A DNA stretch of 64,000 nucleotides from Marsupella aquatica (Eukaryota > Plantae > Marchantiophyta). The notes below the pieces were generated by a model that worked only from the letters and a program-made list of their open reading frames with translations, made no database searches and was not told the origin of the DNA. Position 1 is the stretch's first letter. Every line of letters starts with the position of its first letter. A program made the position numbers and the translations under genes. Shown here one piece after another: positions 13,201 to 26,900 of this stretch. Location: the NCBI GenBank assembly GCA_973895155.1, contig OZ316891.1, positions 31,255,112-31,319,111 on the forward strand. The letters run 5' to 3'.

Positions 13201-16200
13201 GCTGGGCACTTCGGTCTTTGGGGCTAGTACTCCCGGGTTCACAGGCTCAGCTTTCAGCACCCTGAACACTCCCAGCAATGTCGGTACTTCTTCCCCTTTT
13301 GGGTCCACCAGCTTTTTTGGCCAGTCACAACCAGCGGGAAGCCTGTTTGGGTCACCATTGTCTCAGGGATTTGGGGCATCCACTCCTGCATTTGCAGCTA
13401 CAAGCACGCCAGCTTTTGGAGGGAGTAATATCTTTAACAGTGGCACTCCATCAATATTCTCTCAGACCAAATCTGCTGGTCTAACCCAATCATCTGTAGG
13501 TTCTACAAACTAACCTTTCTGAGTATTATTGCTCGTGACGCTCGTTTTGTACTTTCGATGGACTTCAGCTTCAAATTGACATGTAATTGATTCATGTGCG
13601 AGAAACTCAATCGTAATTCATGTTGCATTTTTTCTTTTGTTACAGTCTCCATCACCATTTTCAGGCTTTGGGCAATCGACACCTGGACAAACATCATTTT
13701 CTTTTCCAAATTTCCAGGCATCACAACCAGGTAGATGAGTCTCTTGCTCAGCACGCTTGCCCTTGGGACTGCGTTTTCGTGTTCCTTCAGGTAGTTGTTT
13801 ATATTCAGATGTACAGATACGAATTTGTTTCTCTGAAACTGTACATTTCGTCGTATATGTAGGTTGGCAGTAGTTTAGGGATATTTCTGCAATCACTTGC
13901 TCATGAAGCCGAGGTTAAGGTTGAGTTGTTGACTCTTTTTTTTTGAGGATAGGGACTGTGAGAAACTCTAACTGGTGGTCTGGTGTGTCGACGTGACAAC
14001 AGCGGGAAACAGCATGTTCAATGGTTCTTCGTTCGGCAATACATTTGCACAACCACAGTAAGCTTATTTTGGGGTTTACTCCACCTATCGCAACAAAGGA
14101 CATGCGAGGATGTAGTACAACTGATGTTGAACTCATGCAGTCTCGTGGAGCTCCTCCAGAATCACGTGCTAGTTTTTCTTAGTGTTTACTAACGAAAGGT
14201 TTTTGAAGTAATTCTAGAAAGCCACGACATATCGATGTAAGAAATGTAAAATGTAGATACATAGATCATCCTGCAGCTAACAAAGTTCAGTTGACGTATT
14301 GACATCCGTATTCACCTCTTGTGTCTGTTCCAGGTCTACAAATAATCTCATGATGGCAATGCCCCAGCCTGTCGCCAACCCATTTGGGACTCTGCCAGCA
14401 ATGCCCCAAATGTCAATCGGCCGAAGCGCTGGGTCAAGCCCTTCTGTGCAGTACGGAATTTCCAGCATGCCGGTATGTGCGCATGCTGATCAATGTCTCG
14501 ACCATTTCATCCATATTACCATGGATTACTGTTCTAACCAAAATTTTGTTCTTACAGGTGTCTGACAAACCCACTCAAGTGCGGACAACTTCGTTATTGA
14601 CTCCAAGACATATCACTCAAAGGTCTAAAATTCGGATGCATGCACGGAGGTATAACCCTAAAAAGGACACCCCAAAGGTTAGTGCCGTCACTTCAATAAG
14701 TGACTCTTAAAAGTCATCACTATAAGTTTTGGTTCGTTGTCTTCCGTTACCATTTCCTTCCAGGATTTTCCACGAAGATGATGTTCATGTTTTAGATGTG
14801 AGTCTTTTGGAAGACTGGCAAAACGATATGTTTTGTTTTGAATATCAGTGCTCGTTTACATGCCTGCACAGTCATCTCCTGGCATGAGGATGCTACCACT
14901 GGATGAAGCCGTTAGAACTGATTTTCGTCTCTGGTTTCGTGGCAGGTTTCATTCTTCAGTGATGGGGAAGAAACACCGAGTACACCTAAAGCAGATGTCT
15001 TATTTGTACCTCGAGAGAACCCTCGTGCACTTTTCATTCGGCACACAGAGCAATCACCAATTTTACCACCCATGAAAGGAACTCCAGACCCTAGGGATAC
15101 TGCCACCCCCGTGCAGCGAAACGGTACGTCATAATGCCGTGCAATGATCCGTCTGAGGAAGGGTGCCAGTCAGGATAATCAGTTGTGAGTAATTATTGCT
15201 TGTATCTAGTTCTAGTAGGGGCCTACGCCTGAACGAACCAAAACGAATTTGGTCATAGTCTACCTACCGTCAGAATGTTATTTGTTTAGCGCCCATGAAT
15301 ATGGAGACTAAGAAGATCACATACTGTACAGAACGACGAAATAGATGCTGGTTGCAGGCACCTTCGCTGCCAATGAGAACAAATATCAGCACTGCAATCT
15401 GTCACAGTTCGATAATGGACTGTAGTCTCTAGTCACCCGTGGGAAGTGCCATGGAACGAGAGACATGGAACTTCGTTGATCAAGCATTTTAAGCCAGATT
15501 CCTTTTAACCTTCACGAAAGAGCAACTCCACAACGCTTCTCAGATGCGAGTCGTAGAGTTACTTAGTTGGATTATTACTTCATTCGACTAATTCCCGCTT
15601 TGTCCGTTTTGCTATATTTCCCAAGGGAACATGGATCATAATAATTAAGTATTTATTTATCAAGCAAAAGTAACTATGATGATGTCAATTGTTAAGTGAT
15701 GCGTGTACTGTCAACTTACATTTTTAAATCTTATGTTCCGTCGTTTGCAGGGGCTGAAGTGGAGAACCATGAGCCTTCCACCAGTCCCGTAACATCTCCG
15801 GGCAATTCAGAAAGTAAGCTGCAGTCTGGTCCCTCTAATGCAGTAGTTTCAAATTCACGAGGTTGCTATTGTAGGTGGCGGTAAACGTATTGGAAGTAGT
15901 GTCTGACTCGTTTGTAATTTTGGCCATCCTGAATACAAATCAATGCAAACTACGTTCTCTGTTCGTTTTGGGCTTGTAATGACTTTTCATCTTTGTTCGA
16001 AGTCATTTGTTTTATCCGTTCTCATTTCTGGTTGTAATGATGATCATGTAATTCTTGCTACTCGTGATAGATATTTAACTTGATTTTGTTGTATTCATCA
16101 GGTCCGATGGAGAGCTGGCCAAGTCCTGAGTTGGCAGATGGCAACATTCAGACGACCCCTCTGTCATCAAAGGCTGTTGATAAAAGTCCTCCTCTGAAGT

Positions 16201-19200
16201 CAGTATCTAAAATGAATGGGGTTCGGGAGGAACACAATCACCGGGGCAATGGATATATCTCCATCACTGGTCATAGAGCTGGAGAAGCTGCGATCGCCTA
16301 CGAGCATGGAGCAGATATTGAGGCACTCATGCCAAAACTTCGTCATTCAGATTACTTCACCGAGCCAAGGATCCAAGAGCTCGCTGCTAAAGAGCGTGCA
16401 GAACCTGGGTTTTGTCGTAGGGTACATGACTTCGTTGTGGGGAGAAGAGGATATGGGTCGGTAAAGTTCTTGGGTGACACAGATGTGAGGCGCCTTGACC
16501 TGGAGGGCATAATTCAGTTCAATAAGTGTGAGGTTCTTGTCTACATGGATGAGAGCAAAAAGCCCTCTACTGGACAAGGATTGAACAAGCCTGCCGAGGT
16601 CACTCTTCTTAATGTGAAAAGTATTGACAAGAAGACAGGTCAGCATTTCAGTGAGGGGCCTGAGGTAGAAAAGTTTGAAAAGCGGTTGAAGAGAAAGACT
16701 GAGGAGCAGGGTGCAGAGTTCATTTCTTTCGATGCAGTAAAAGGAGAGTGGAAATTTCGAGTAAAACATTTCAGCAGATACGGTTTGGATGATTCAGATG
16801 AAGAAGAAGTTCTCCAATCAGTTCCAGCAAAGGCAATAGTCCTGCCAGGCACGGATATGATGGAAGGAGTGGAAGGTGATATGTTTGAAAGTCCGGCAGA
16901 TCTTCGGCATAAATCTCTTGAGATTGGTGAGGAAACTGTGGACATCGATGACGAGGAAGTAGTACGGTCAGGGGAAGTTTATAGCAGTGCACCTCAAGCT
17001 GCATTGCCCCATTCTCTACCTTCTCAACTAAGGTTGGATCCTCTAAAAATGCAGCAAATGAGAGCGTTATTTTTTCCTTTGGGAGAAGAAGCTGAAGATC
17101 CCTCTGCAATAGGCTTTTCTGGAAAGCCACGGTCTCCTCATTCAGGTCATACTGAAGCCTCTGCTAAAAATTATGTCAAAGTTCAGAAAGATTTTAATGA
17201 GGAAGGAGTGCGCTCTGCATGGCCCCATCGCTCACCCTGGAAAGGAGGTCCCACAAAGCAGATGAGGCTGACCCCTCATACTTCGTGGAAGCCATCTGTA
17301 CCATATTCACCAGTTCAGACTGAAAGTCAAAGCAAACACAAATTCCAAGTATCTGACCTAAATGTCTCTCCATCTGAGAATGGAACGATGTTAGCTTTGC
17401 AGAATGGTGAAGGGGTTGGATCTAGAAAGGAGAGAGATTGTGGCTTCGCTATTGAGTTTGATGAAAAATCTGAGTCAGGAACTGCTGGGCGGTATGATCA
17501 CATTGTAGACGCCGGCTTATTTTTTGGAAGATCCTTCCGTGTGGGATGGGGCCCGAATGGTGTACTTGTGCATAGTGGAGCACGTACTGGTGCTGATACC
17601 CAGAACGTTGTCTTAAGCTCACGTTTGCACATCGAAAAGGTCGCTCTGGACAGCACTGTCAGAGACGAAAGCAGCGAAGTTGTGGAAGAACTTATTGAGC
17701 TGCAATTTGTGTATCCGCTGAAACTTCATATGTCTATGAGCGAAGTAGTGGAATCAGTGAAGCAACCGACGTCTGGTGATTTAAAGTTGCGGAATTTGGT
17801 CTGCAATCGGTCTGATTTGTCAGTCATATGTGATGAATATGAAGACTTGATTCATAAGCAACATGCAGTCAAAGGAATACCAGATGAATACCAGCTCACC
17901 CTGCGCCACCAGATCATCGTGTGGCGGCTCTTGGATGTCCTATTTTCTAACATTCTACCAGCGCAAGAATCGAAAGAAGAGAAGCGAGATCCCGGTGACT
18001 TCAGCAAATTTGGCACCCATGGTGCTTCTGTGGATCCCGTAGAGCTTCTCCTGCGAAGGGCTGAATTCAGTCGTTGGTTGCAAACCAGTGTGGGTCAGCT
18101 GGTTCAAAATGATCTCCAGCTTGTGGAGGACGAGGATGCGGATGAAATGAAGGAGATTTTTATTCTACTGACAGGCAGAAAAGTGGATGCTGCTGTTATG
18201 AAGGCTACTTTCAGAGGAGATATTCGATTGGCTTGTTTGCTTAGCCAGGCTGGCGCATCAGTCAAAAGCCGGTCTGACATTGCCACACAACTCTCTGTGT
18301 GGGGATCTGAAGGGCTTGACTATTCTCTTATAGAGAACGAGCGGATGTCCGTGTACAAATTACTAGCAGGAGACATTTGGGGAGCCCTCGAGAACCATTA
18401 CATAGACTGGAAGCGGTTTCTGGGACTCATTATGTGGTACCAGTTGGGCCCGGACACAGATCTGTCAGTGATTATTAATACATATCAGCAAGTCATCACT
18501 GAAAACAAAAATTTCTTACCGATACCAATGTATGTTGAGGAAGGAGCCAACAGCCATCCTGGTCATGTTGACACTTACGACACTTCTTATTATCTGATGT
18601 TGTTGCATGCATCCAAAGAGAAAGAGATGAAGGTGGATGATCTGAAGAAGATGTTCTCTTCTGCTTCCACAACATTCGATAAATTGGATCATAGAATGGC
18701 TTGGCATCAACAGGGATTCCTACAAGCTGTGGGTGTTTTGGAACCCTTGCAGCTGCATGAGCTGCATATGAACTTTGTGGCACAGCTCCTAGCTGTTGGA
18801 CTATGCCACTGGGCAATATATGTTGTACTTCACATGCCAGTGTTGGTAGAGTGTCCTGGCTTCCATGCAAAAGTGATAAGAGAGATACTTAGTCAGTACT
18901 GCGAGACATGGAGCAAATCACAACTGCAGCAGGATTTCTTGGAGCAGGAACTTGGGATTCCTACCAAGTGGTTGCACGAAGCACTGGTTGGTTGCACTTT
19001 CATTATTCTCCTCATCATATGATTTATCTTGGTTGCATCCCATTGTTGTGAGTTGTTGCATTGGTTACTTCCATGAGGACTAGAACAAACGTTTCAGAAG
19101 ATTCTGTCACCCAGACTTTCTACCACGGAAGGTCAACCTATCTTAGGGAGGTGCCAAAAACTTGTAAAACGGGGGAGGCATGAACGTCATAAGTAAAAAA

Positions 19201-20947
19201 TAATTAAGGTAGAAATGAACCGGACGTATCTAAATAAATTAAGTTCGTGGAATACTTTCGACAAAAAATTGTGCTGGTAATGATCAGGGATATGTTTGCA
19301 ATGATGGCAGGCAGTGTACTATCATTATGTTGGGGACTCAAAGCAGGAGCTAGAACATCTAATCAAAAGCTTGCAGTGGAATAGGGCACAGACACTTTTC
19401 ATGACGACTGTATCAGCATTGTTGTTCATGAACTGTAAGTACTCTTTTGAATGTAGGTTTTTTCTTTGTACGTGTTTTGCGTTCACTGTAGATCAAAATA
19501 TCTGTGGACCTTGTCTAGATTGAGGCGTTCGGAAACAGAGTACTCTTTCTTCTCCAGGTACACCTTGGATTTTATGCTATTTTTTGAGTTTGTTGTTCTG
19601 GGTCTGCTTAATCTCCACTTGGCGGGGTTTTCTGGACAGTCGTTTCTTGGCTATGCCTTTTAATGGGGTCTGGTTGTGTCTAAGTAAGTTGTGCAGATAG
19701 GTGCTATGGATACAAAACTTAGATTCTCATCAATTTCTGCTTTGGAATGTTCTTATGGTTACTATCCTTTAGAGCAGAGATTGAAAAATTGCTTTTCTGA
19801 TTCAATTTCGTTAGACTCGGGCTCTTATCCTTGTTCACAGTTCTCTGAATGGACTGTGCAAGGGGAAATGTGTACAGAATGACTACACCACGCACGTTAA
19901 TGCTCTTGGCAAAGTCATTAGCACCATTTGTGACTACAAGCTTAATAGAACCTACAGAGGTCATTAATTTAATATTTTTCTTACAATAACCTACATGGCG
20001 TTGATGTACAGCGGAACATTCAGAGGTGTGGAAATTTGCCAGCCAGTTGGAAATGAATATTGCAGAGTTGGAGAATTGGGATTTGGGTGCAGCAATATAC
20101 TTTGACTTCTATAATTTAAAAAGTAGTCTGGAAGACGACGATGATGTAATGGATGATCTGGTATGGAACTCTTTCTCGTTCTGTTTGAAAAGGTCGTAGA
20201 TAGGCTATATATACGGGGCATGACTAAATATGTCAGTATTATTGCCAATTCTCCAACTGGATACGTGCAGGATGGTGTTGTGCTGATGTATCAACATAGA
20301 TGAAATAGATGAAAGTCTTGTTTTGTGTCGGCTTACTGTGTGATTGGACTGCACCAAAGCCTCCAGCAGAGTAGCTTTTGTGTGGGCTTCACTGATGACT
20401 TTAGACAAACATTTATAACTGAAATTCGACGCATAGAAAGAGAGGATGAATGATAATTAGTGTGTTTGAAAGCTTGAGCGGTAGTGTCTGAGACAATGAC
20501 TGATATCAGGTTGCTATGATTCTGAATGTTCTCAGGATACTCTAGAAAAGAAAACAGCCGGTTGTAAAGCCTTCTTTGCCCGACTCAAAGATTCAGAGCG
20601 GCTATGGAAGTTGAAGGCTTCAAAGTACTTAAGGTCAGTCGCACGGAAGGCCTGTCCAAGATTTGAGAAAGAAAAGTGTTGGAAGTATATATTTCTTGCA
20701 ATTGCAGGGTTATCAAATATTGACTCAAGCAAAATCGTGCAATTGCAGGGTGGCTTATAGCCAAATGGCTGATGAACTTGCAAGTCTGTTATTGGTGGAG
20801 ACACATGCGAAGGCGCTCGATGCATCAGAAGAACTGAAAGGGTTTGATGCAGTCCTGGATGCTCCAGTACCGGAGCATATCCGTGCCTGTCGTATACAGG
20901 GCGCTGTTTCTGCTTTTACATCGTGGCTGGCAGAGACGGTTGTGTGA
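10231..20947 (+). CDS. NUP98: Nuclear pore complex protein Nup98-Nup96 precursor (FG repeats, GLEBS motif, peptidase S59 autoproteolytic domain, Nup96 domain), multi-exon
   Basis: Phase-consistent GT/AG exons: 10231-10255, 11119-11415, 11698-12108, 12331-12549, 12810-13495, 13646-13730, 14003-14057, 14334-14472, 14558-14677, 14946-15123, 15751-~15861 (donor uncertain), 16102-18986, 19311-19434, 20012-20160, 20536-20633, 20749-20947. The N-terminus MFGSSSPFG is followed by many xPAFG/PFG repeats. Motifs: GLEBS-like [21 protein letters not shown]; plant Nup98 motif [29 protein letters not shown]; autoprotease domain ending WKFRVKHFS; Nup96 motifs [34 protein letters not shown]. The start could be 10231 or 10237. 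Confidence 0.93.
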
Positions 20948-23900
20948 CTCCTATTACGGTGCTTCCCTCTTTGGAGGACATCCAAGTGGCTTTGGTTCCC
21001 ATGTTGTGATTCAACTTTTAGCTCTGTAGGTGAGGAATATAGAATGGTGTATTGAAGAAAGTCCTTAAAGTAGAGCCAGGACTGTTTGTGAGGATTACAG
21101 ATCTACGTCTTATCTTGATTGTGAGGTTGATACAGGCTGATAACCATAGTTATAAGATGAGAATTTTGTTGGATGCTGTACCAGCCATGGAGTCAGTTTT
21201 GATCAAGCATGGGGGTGGTGATTTCTAGGAGGGAAATAAGATGTGCTATACTATACTGTCTTGTACCTTGTGGGGTGTGTCAATGGACCCAACCTCAAAG
21301 CCTGATAGTCATGTGTGAAATGCAACGTGTTCAGCTAGTGGAGTTGCAATCATTTTGTTCTTTTCAGATAATAAGGGTGCATCTCTCTGTTGATCTGCTT
21401 TGTGTGGGTCCGTTGGACCTGTCAAGGCAGATGGGAAGCTTGTAATGAGATGCAGTTATACCAGCTCGGCCTATCATGGTCTTGGTCTTTGTTTCTGACT
21501 AAGATTGATGAAGCATGATTGGTATCTTCTGTGTTGATTCTACATTCCCACTACTAAATCAGCGGGCCGTGCAGCAGTTTGCAACCGGTCTCCTGTCCGT
21601 AGCTTTCACTGGAAAGTAGATTGAGGGCCTCCAATTAGGATCTAGGACGTTGATGCAGGGCAATCTTGTTGGAGGATATTTTGATTGCAAACTACTGCAA
21701 TCAAATTATGAGGCTGGGAGCATGGTATTTCAAGTTCCATTGACTTCACACTCTGAAGCAAGTAATCAAAGCAGAAGGGTGGGTGCAGAACTTTGAAGCA
21801 TAAGAGGTGTTGGTTCTTGCTTGATTCCTGTCATTTGTCTTCAGCCAATGTCCAATGGAGGTTACAGCTGGAGCCTGTAATGCTCACCTGGTAACTAAGA
21901 AATTTGAAGTTCCTTTCTGCAGGTCTCCTCTCCTCTTTCCTGAAATCAGTAAGATGCACTCTCAGAAGCCACTTCCTGTTGATCATACATTTTTTTATAC
22001 TGATGGCAATGAAGCCAAATAGCAAGTGAACACAAGTAATGAAGTACTGGCTCAAGTCCTATGAAGGTTAATGTCATAGGTGAAATTGTGACCAAACTGG
22101 GGGTTGGGGTCCCAATCGTTATTGATCCTCCTACTTTGTAACTACGTAGATACTTGGAAAAGGTAACGTGGAAGAGAGAATTTGTGTAGAAATTGAACAT
22201 CTTTCCACCAGAGAACATGCTATATCTTTCCACTTCTCTATCTCTATCCTAGCAAGGAAAAGAGAAAAGAACTGGACCTCTAGTTTTGTCAAAATGCAAA
22301 GAAAGTTGATGATGTAGAACCATTTGATATATAGTTAGATCATCTTTGAGGAGTGGAATACTTATAGATCAAAACTACTCCTTAAGGCAGCCTTTATAGT
22401 GTAACCATGTTGCTCTGACCTCTGAAAGTAACCCTAAAGTAATCTGAGGAGAGGTGAGTCACAAACTTTCTTGGAGTGTGAGTTTCAGGCAATCACATTA
22501 CAAAACTCTATGCTTACATGTGTAAAAAGAGTCAAATTTATACCATCTATCCATACATCTATAAGTAAGAATTGAATGCACACCTTCTAGCATTGAAATC
22601 CAAACTTGGATGGACCTTCAAGTTTGCCAGAACAGTTGCATAGGCTTTTGCTACTGAGATGGACCGTATTTTCTCCACAAACTTTATACCGTGAGTGAAA
22701 TGTGCCTAGAAAACTAGACAGCCATCTTCCGAAGTTTGTAGGTCTCTCAATTCTCTGCTGAAGTTTGAAGGTATTAGGCTCATGGGAAAGATATTTCCAA
22801 GCAGATTCTGCCAGCCCAAAAATCTATTCCATTAGATATTGAAAGAGATTGAATATCAAAACTTGCTTCCCAAAACTATCAGAATTGCAAAGTGTGGACA
22901 ATGAGTGATTGGGTACTAATCTTTAGATATTCATAGCTCTCTCAATTTTTCATGAAAACTAGTGATATCAACCTCATTAGAAAGATCTATTTAAGCCGCT
23001 TCTAACAAGGTTCCATTCTAGCTGGTTCTGTCGAATATCAAGAGAGATATTGGAAGGTCCAATTTCACTGCTCAAAATCTTTTGGAAGTGAGGAGGGTGC
23101 ACCACGTGGCACTGAGTGAAGGTGTAGAGGATTTTGGGTTCTTACTCTCAAGGTTTTTAAACACATCTCAGACCCAAACAGCACTTATTAACACACTCAG
23201 GCTTAATATTTGACATAGCAATCAATAAATTCTAGAGATTAAAGTAACCTCCTCCTACAATGTTACTACTTATCAGCAAGGAATATTATTCACAGACCCC
23301 AAGTCCCTAATGTATTGGAAAATATATGTGCATGAAGTTTTATGCCACAGGGGTATCAAGTAGTGTGACTTTTGAACTTTCTCTGGGCGTTATGCCATTT
23401 TAGTTCATAAACTAGAAGTGAGCAATGAGTCATAATCATTATATTGCCCTAAAGCACATCACTCTTTTTTTTCCCAGATCTTCACTCATCATAAATCTAT
23501 TTTGGGGGCATTTGTGCAAATTTCTTATTTAGAGTGGAACATTTAAATAACTTTTACTCCCACAATTCACAGAGATTGCCTTCAGGGTTGTCCTAGGTAG
23601 AGCAAAATGTGACAAAGACAACAAAGCTACAAATTTTGTCGAGTCTCCTAGCCCAGGATATGTCATGGAAAGTTGTGCTATCAATAAAACTATTCTTACA
23701 CTCAAGCCTCATTTGATGAGTCCTTTCAAGCTTCTATTTGTCCAAATGAAATATGACTGTCCAGGGTTAAGAAGGTTTACTGATAGTTTGATGCAAACAT
23801 TGTTTAATCTTTGTACATTGCTAAAATTGTGTTATCAATACAGAAATGGATGCTCCAATGGACCCAACACATGAACCTCAAGTCCCTCATGGACTCCACA

Positions 23901-26900
23901 CAGTCAACTGAGAGTACAGTACAGTTGGTGTGATGTGCTCATGTCATTTAGGGTGATGGAAGTGATGGAGCCATATCCTTAAGGGTGAATATGGATTTAT
24001 TTTACTTATTGTAAAACTCTCAGTCAATGGTACATCTTCATGACATGTTACCATTAGTGGTATTACGGACATGGTCAAAAAAAGGTTATCCTACCATGGA
24101 TGACATGCTTCCCTTAGGTATACACAAGAGAAAAGTGTTCTTCCAGCCCTTGTGAATGGTCTTGGTCAATAGCCTGGACTTCCAATATTGCTTTGAGGGA
24201 GCTCAGTGGTTCCCACAAAAAATGGGACTGAAACTGGACAATGCCAAGCTTATCTGCCATGGCTGCGGCTTACTGGACTGACAACCAGCTGTACTGGACA
24301 GAGTATTTTGTTGCACCCGGTGTCCCTCGCCTTACAGGTTAAATTATAGATAGGAGTGTAAGAAGTATCATCTTAAGTTAAAATAGACATTTGGTCAAGG
24401 TCCATCTGGATTGTCAAAATCCACTGGGGCATTTTGTCATACTTGGAGCTCCATCTGGGCTTCATCAATGCAAGAGAACAACTTGTTTCAAATTTGTTTG
24501 TAGGATCATTTTTTCTACCTTTTCAACCAAAAAATTTACTGAAGGTTTCCACTCATTGCACTTTCATTTGTTTACTATCCACCTTTTATGGAAATCATCC
24601 TTCCTCATTTTCAACTAAAAAAGTCATTTACTTAAGGTTTCCACTCGAGGCCTTTTCATTTGTTTACTATTTGCTTTGTACAGAAACCATTTTTCCTCCT
24701 TTTCAACTAAAAAGGTTTGTTTTTTCATGCTTCCACTCCAAACCTGTTAAATTTATTCGCTCTTTGGCTATAAAGCAGAATATATAAAACTCAGATTTAT
24801 TTTCTTGACACTTTTAAAATATTTGTGCAAATTCAAATGACAATTAGTTAGTGGACCCCTTGGCTAATAAAATCAGGGGGAAGAGTCGATCTGAGCCGTC
24901 TCCATTCTTATCTCCGGAAATCTCGTCCGTCCATCATAATGACCAATCTATGGCTCAAAAGAAAGATCTCAAATAGATCTATGGATGGGTTCTGTCTGTT
25001 TTGCAAATGGGTTAATATTTTTCAAATGAAAAATTAAACAAGTCCAAGCCTTCCTAGCCGTCGATTTTGTTGATTTTATGATCTTTGCCGTCCATTTTGT
25101 AATGCCTCTAGAAATCTTATTCATCCATGTTAGAAGGCAATCTAGGGTGCAAAAGAAAGATCTCAATGCGATCTATGACTGGGTATTTTTTGTTTTGAGA
25201 ATGAGTAAATAGTTTTGAGTATAAAATTCGATGAACTTTCAAGATTCCAGCCATTCCTCCTCCCTGATCCTGGGTTTCTATGTGCTCTTCCCAGCATTAA
25301 TGGTCATACAATACGAGAGGTCCTTACATACCGGGAATTGCGGTTTAACAAGGAAGTTATCAAGTTAGTTATTAGTCATTATTTATTATATGAAAAATAT
25401 TTTTTATAAATCTTTGAATTTAAGTTTTAAAATTGGAAATGTAACTAAAACGGTTACATAGTGATAGTTTTAACCGTCTTGCTCTTTGCATTTCCAATGT
25501 TTTTATTTTTCTTTTTACGGCACGGCGTCCCAAAATTTACACCCAAATTGACACAAACACGAATGAAAACTATAAATTTGATTCACAAAACCGACGAGTC
25601 TTGTTTGTTGCGGTTGTTGTTGACGTGGCATGCTGTGGTGCCAGGAATTTTGGAAGGGACCTCTAGTGGGGTCCGTAACAAGGCAGTCTGGGACACCAGT
25701 TTGTTGAGAAGGATACTGCCAGTAATGGAAGCCATACGATGGACTAGAGGTTGAGGATTGTGAAAACCTTCAGCTACAGACGGGGCTACAGAAACAGGGT
25801 AGTGACCGGGTGTAACTGAAACAGGCTGCTGACAGTGACTTCCAAATTTACAGGTCAGAATGCTGGTGGAAAGTTACTTTAGAAGGTGCTACTCAAGGCT
25901 TCTTAGATGCTTGGCATTTCCTGGATGGTTCTATAAGTGTTATAGGGATGCATGCGCATTCCATTTTGTTTTTTGGAGAAACTCTTTTTTGGGGGGGCTT
26001 CACAATCAAATATCATAAGGGGTGACACCTACCCTTAGATTGCTCCTAAAACAGAGCCAAAACACTTTCTGGTGCATGAGTTTTGGCAAAATGAAAAATA
26101 CCTTAAAATCATAACAAAATCAGGCACTCAAATTTTCATATAATCAAGTTGCACTAAAGTTTTGCAAAATTTTGTACAGACCAAGCTCGGTCCCTTAATT
26201 TAATTTTGTCTATGGTTAATTAGCCAAAGTCCAGTTATGAGTTAGGATGCACGGCTCAGAACTTCTGTACAGTGACAAAGGGGGCTTTTGGTTTGAACAT
26301 ATTTGCAAAGATTGCACGTTGCGGCTATAATAATTACACTTTCCAAAAGTTTTGGTTCAAAGTTGCATGAAATTAGGTATCAAAGGAAACACCACTGAAC
26401 ACCACTATAAGGATAGGTTTATTCCCGGGTTTATTTGGACCCAGTTTTGGGTAGCTAGAGACTAAAAGTTTGCTAGCCAAGTGGTCATATTTATTGTTTT
26501 CTCCCATGAGAGAAAGGTAAGGTAGTGTGAGTAAATTTTCCTGTTGCTCGCATGATAATGTCCCTTCTAACATCCAGGGAAAGTAAATTACCAAATTCTG
26601 TTCCGTTCGTTGTTTGCTTATTCAGCTTCCTTCAGTGCCTCCCTGGCGCTGCCCTTCATCCGCTGTGAAGCAACAGCAGGACTTCCACTGCTCGTGGATC
26701 TTTCTCTTTGCTTTACTCTTTTTCCTGAGTTCCATTGATTGTTCATTGCTGGTCTATGTGCTTCTCGTTGCTCAGAATCCATGCATTTAATGTTGTTGTC
26801 CATTACTCTTATGTTAGCAGTTAATTGGCGAACCGAACTTCTCTGGTAGGAGAGAACTCGGTATAAGGCTTTGCTTTAACCCAGCCTCGAGCTAATTGAT

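Noticed and set aside
11122-13484. Overlapping and antisense ORFs across the FG-repeat exons (for example 11579-12070 minus)
   Set aside because: Shadow frames produced by repetitive FG coding sequence.
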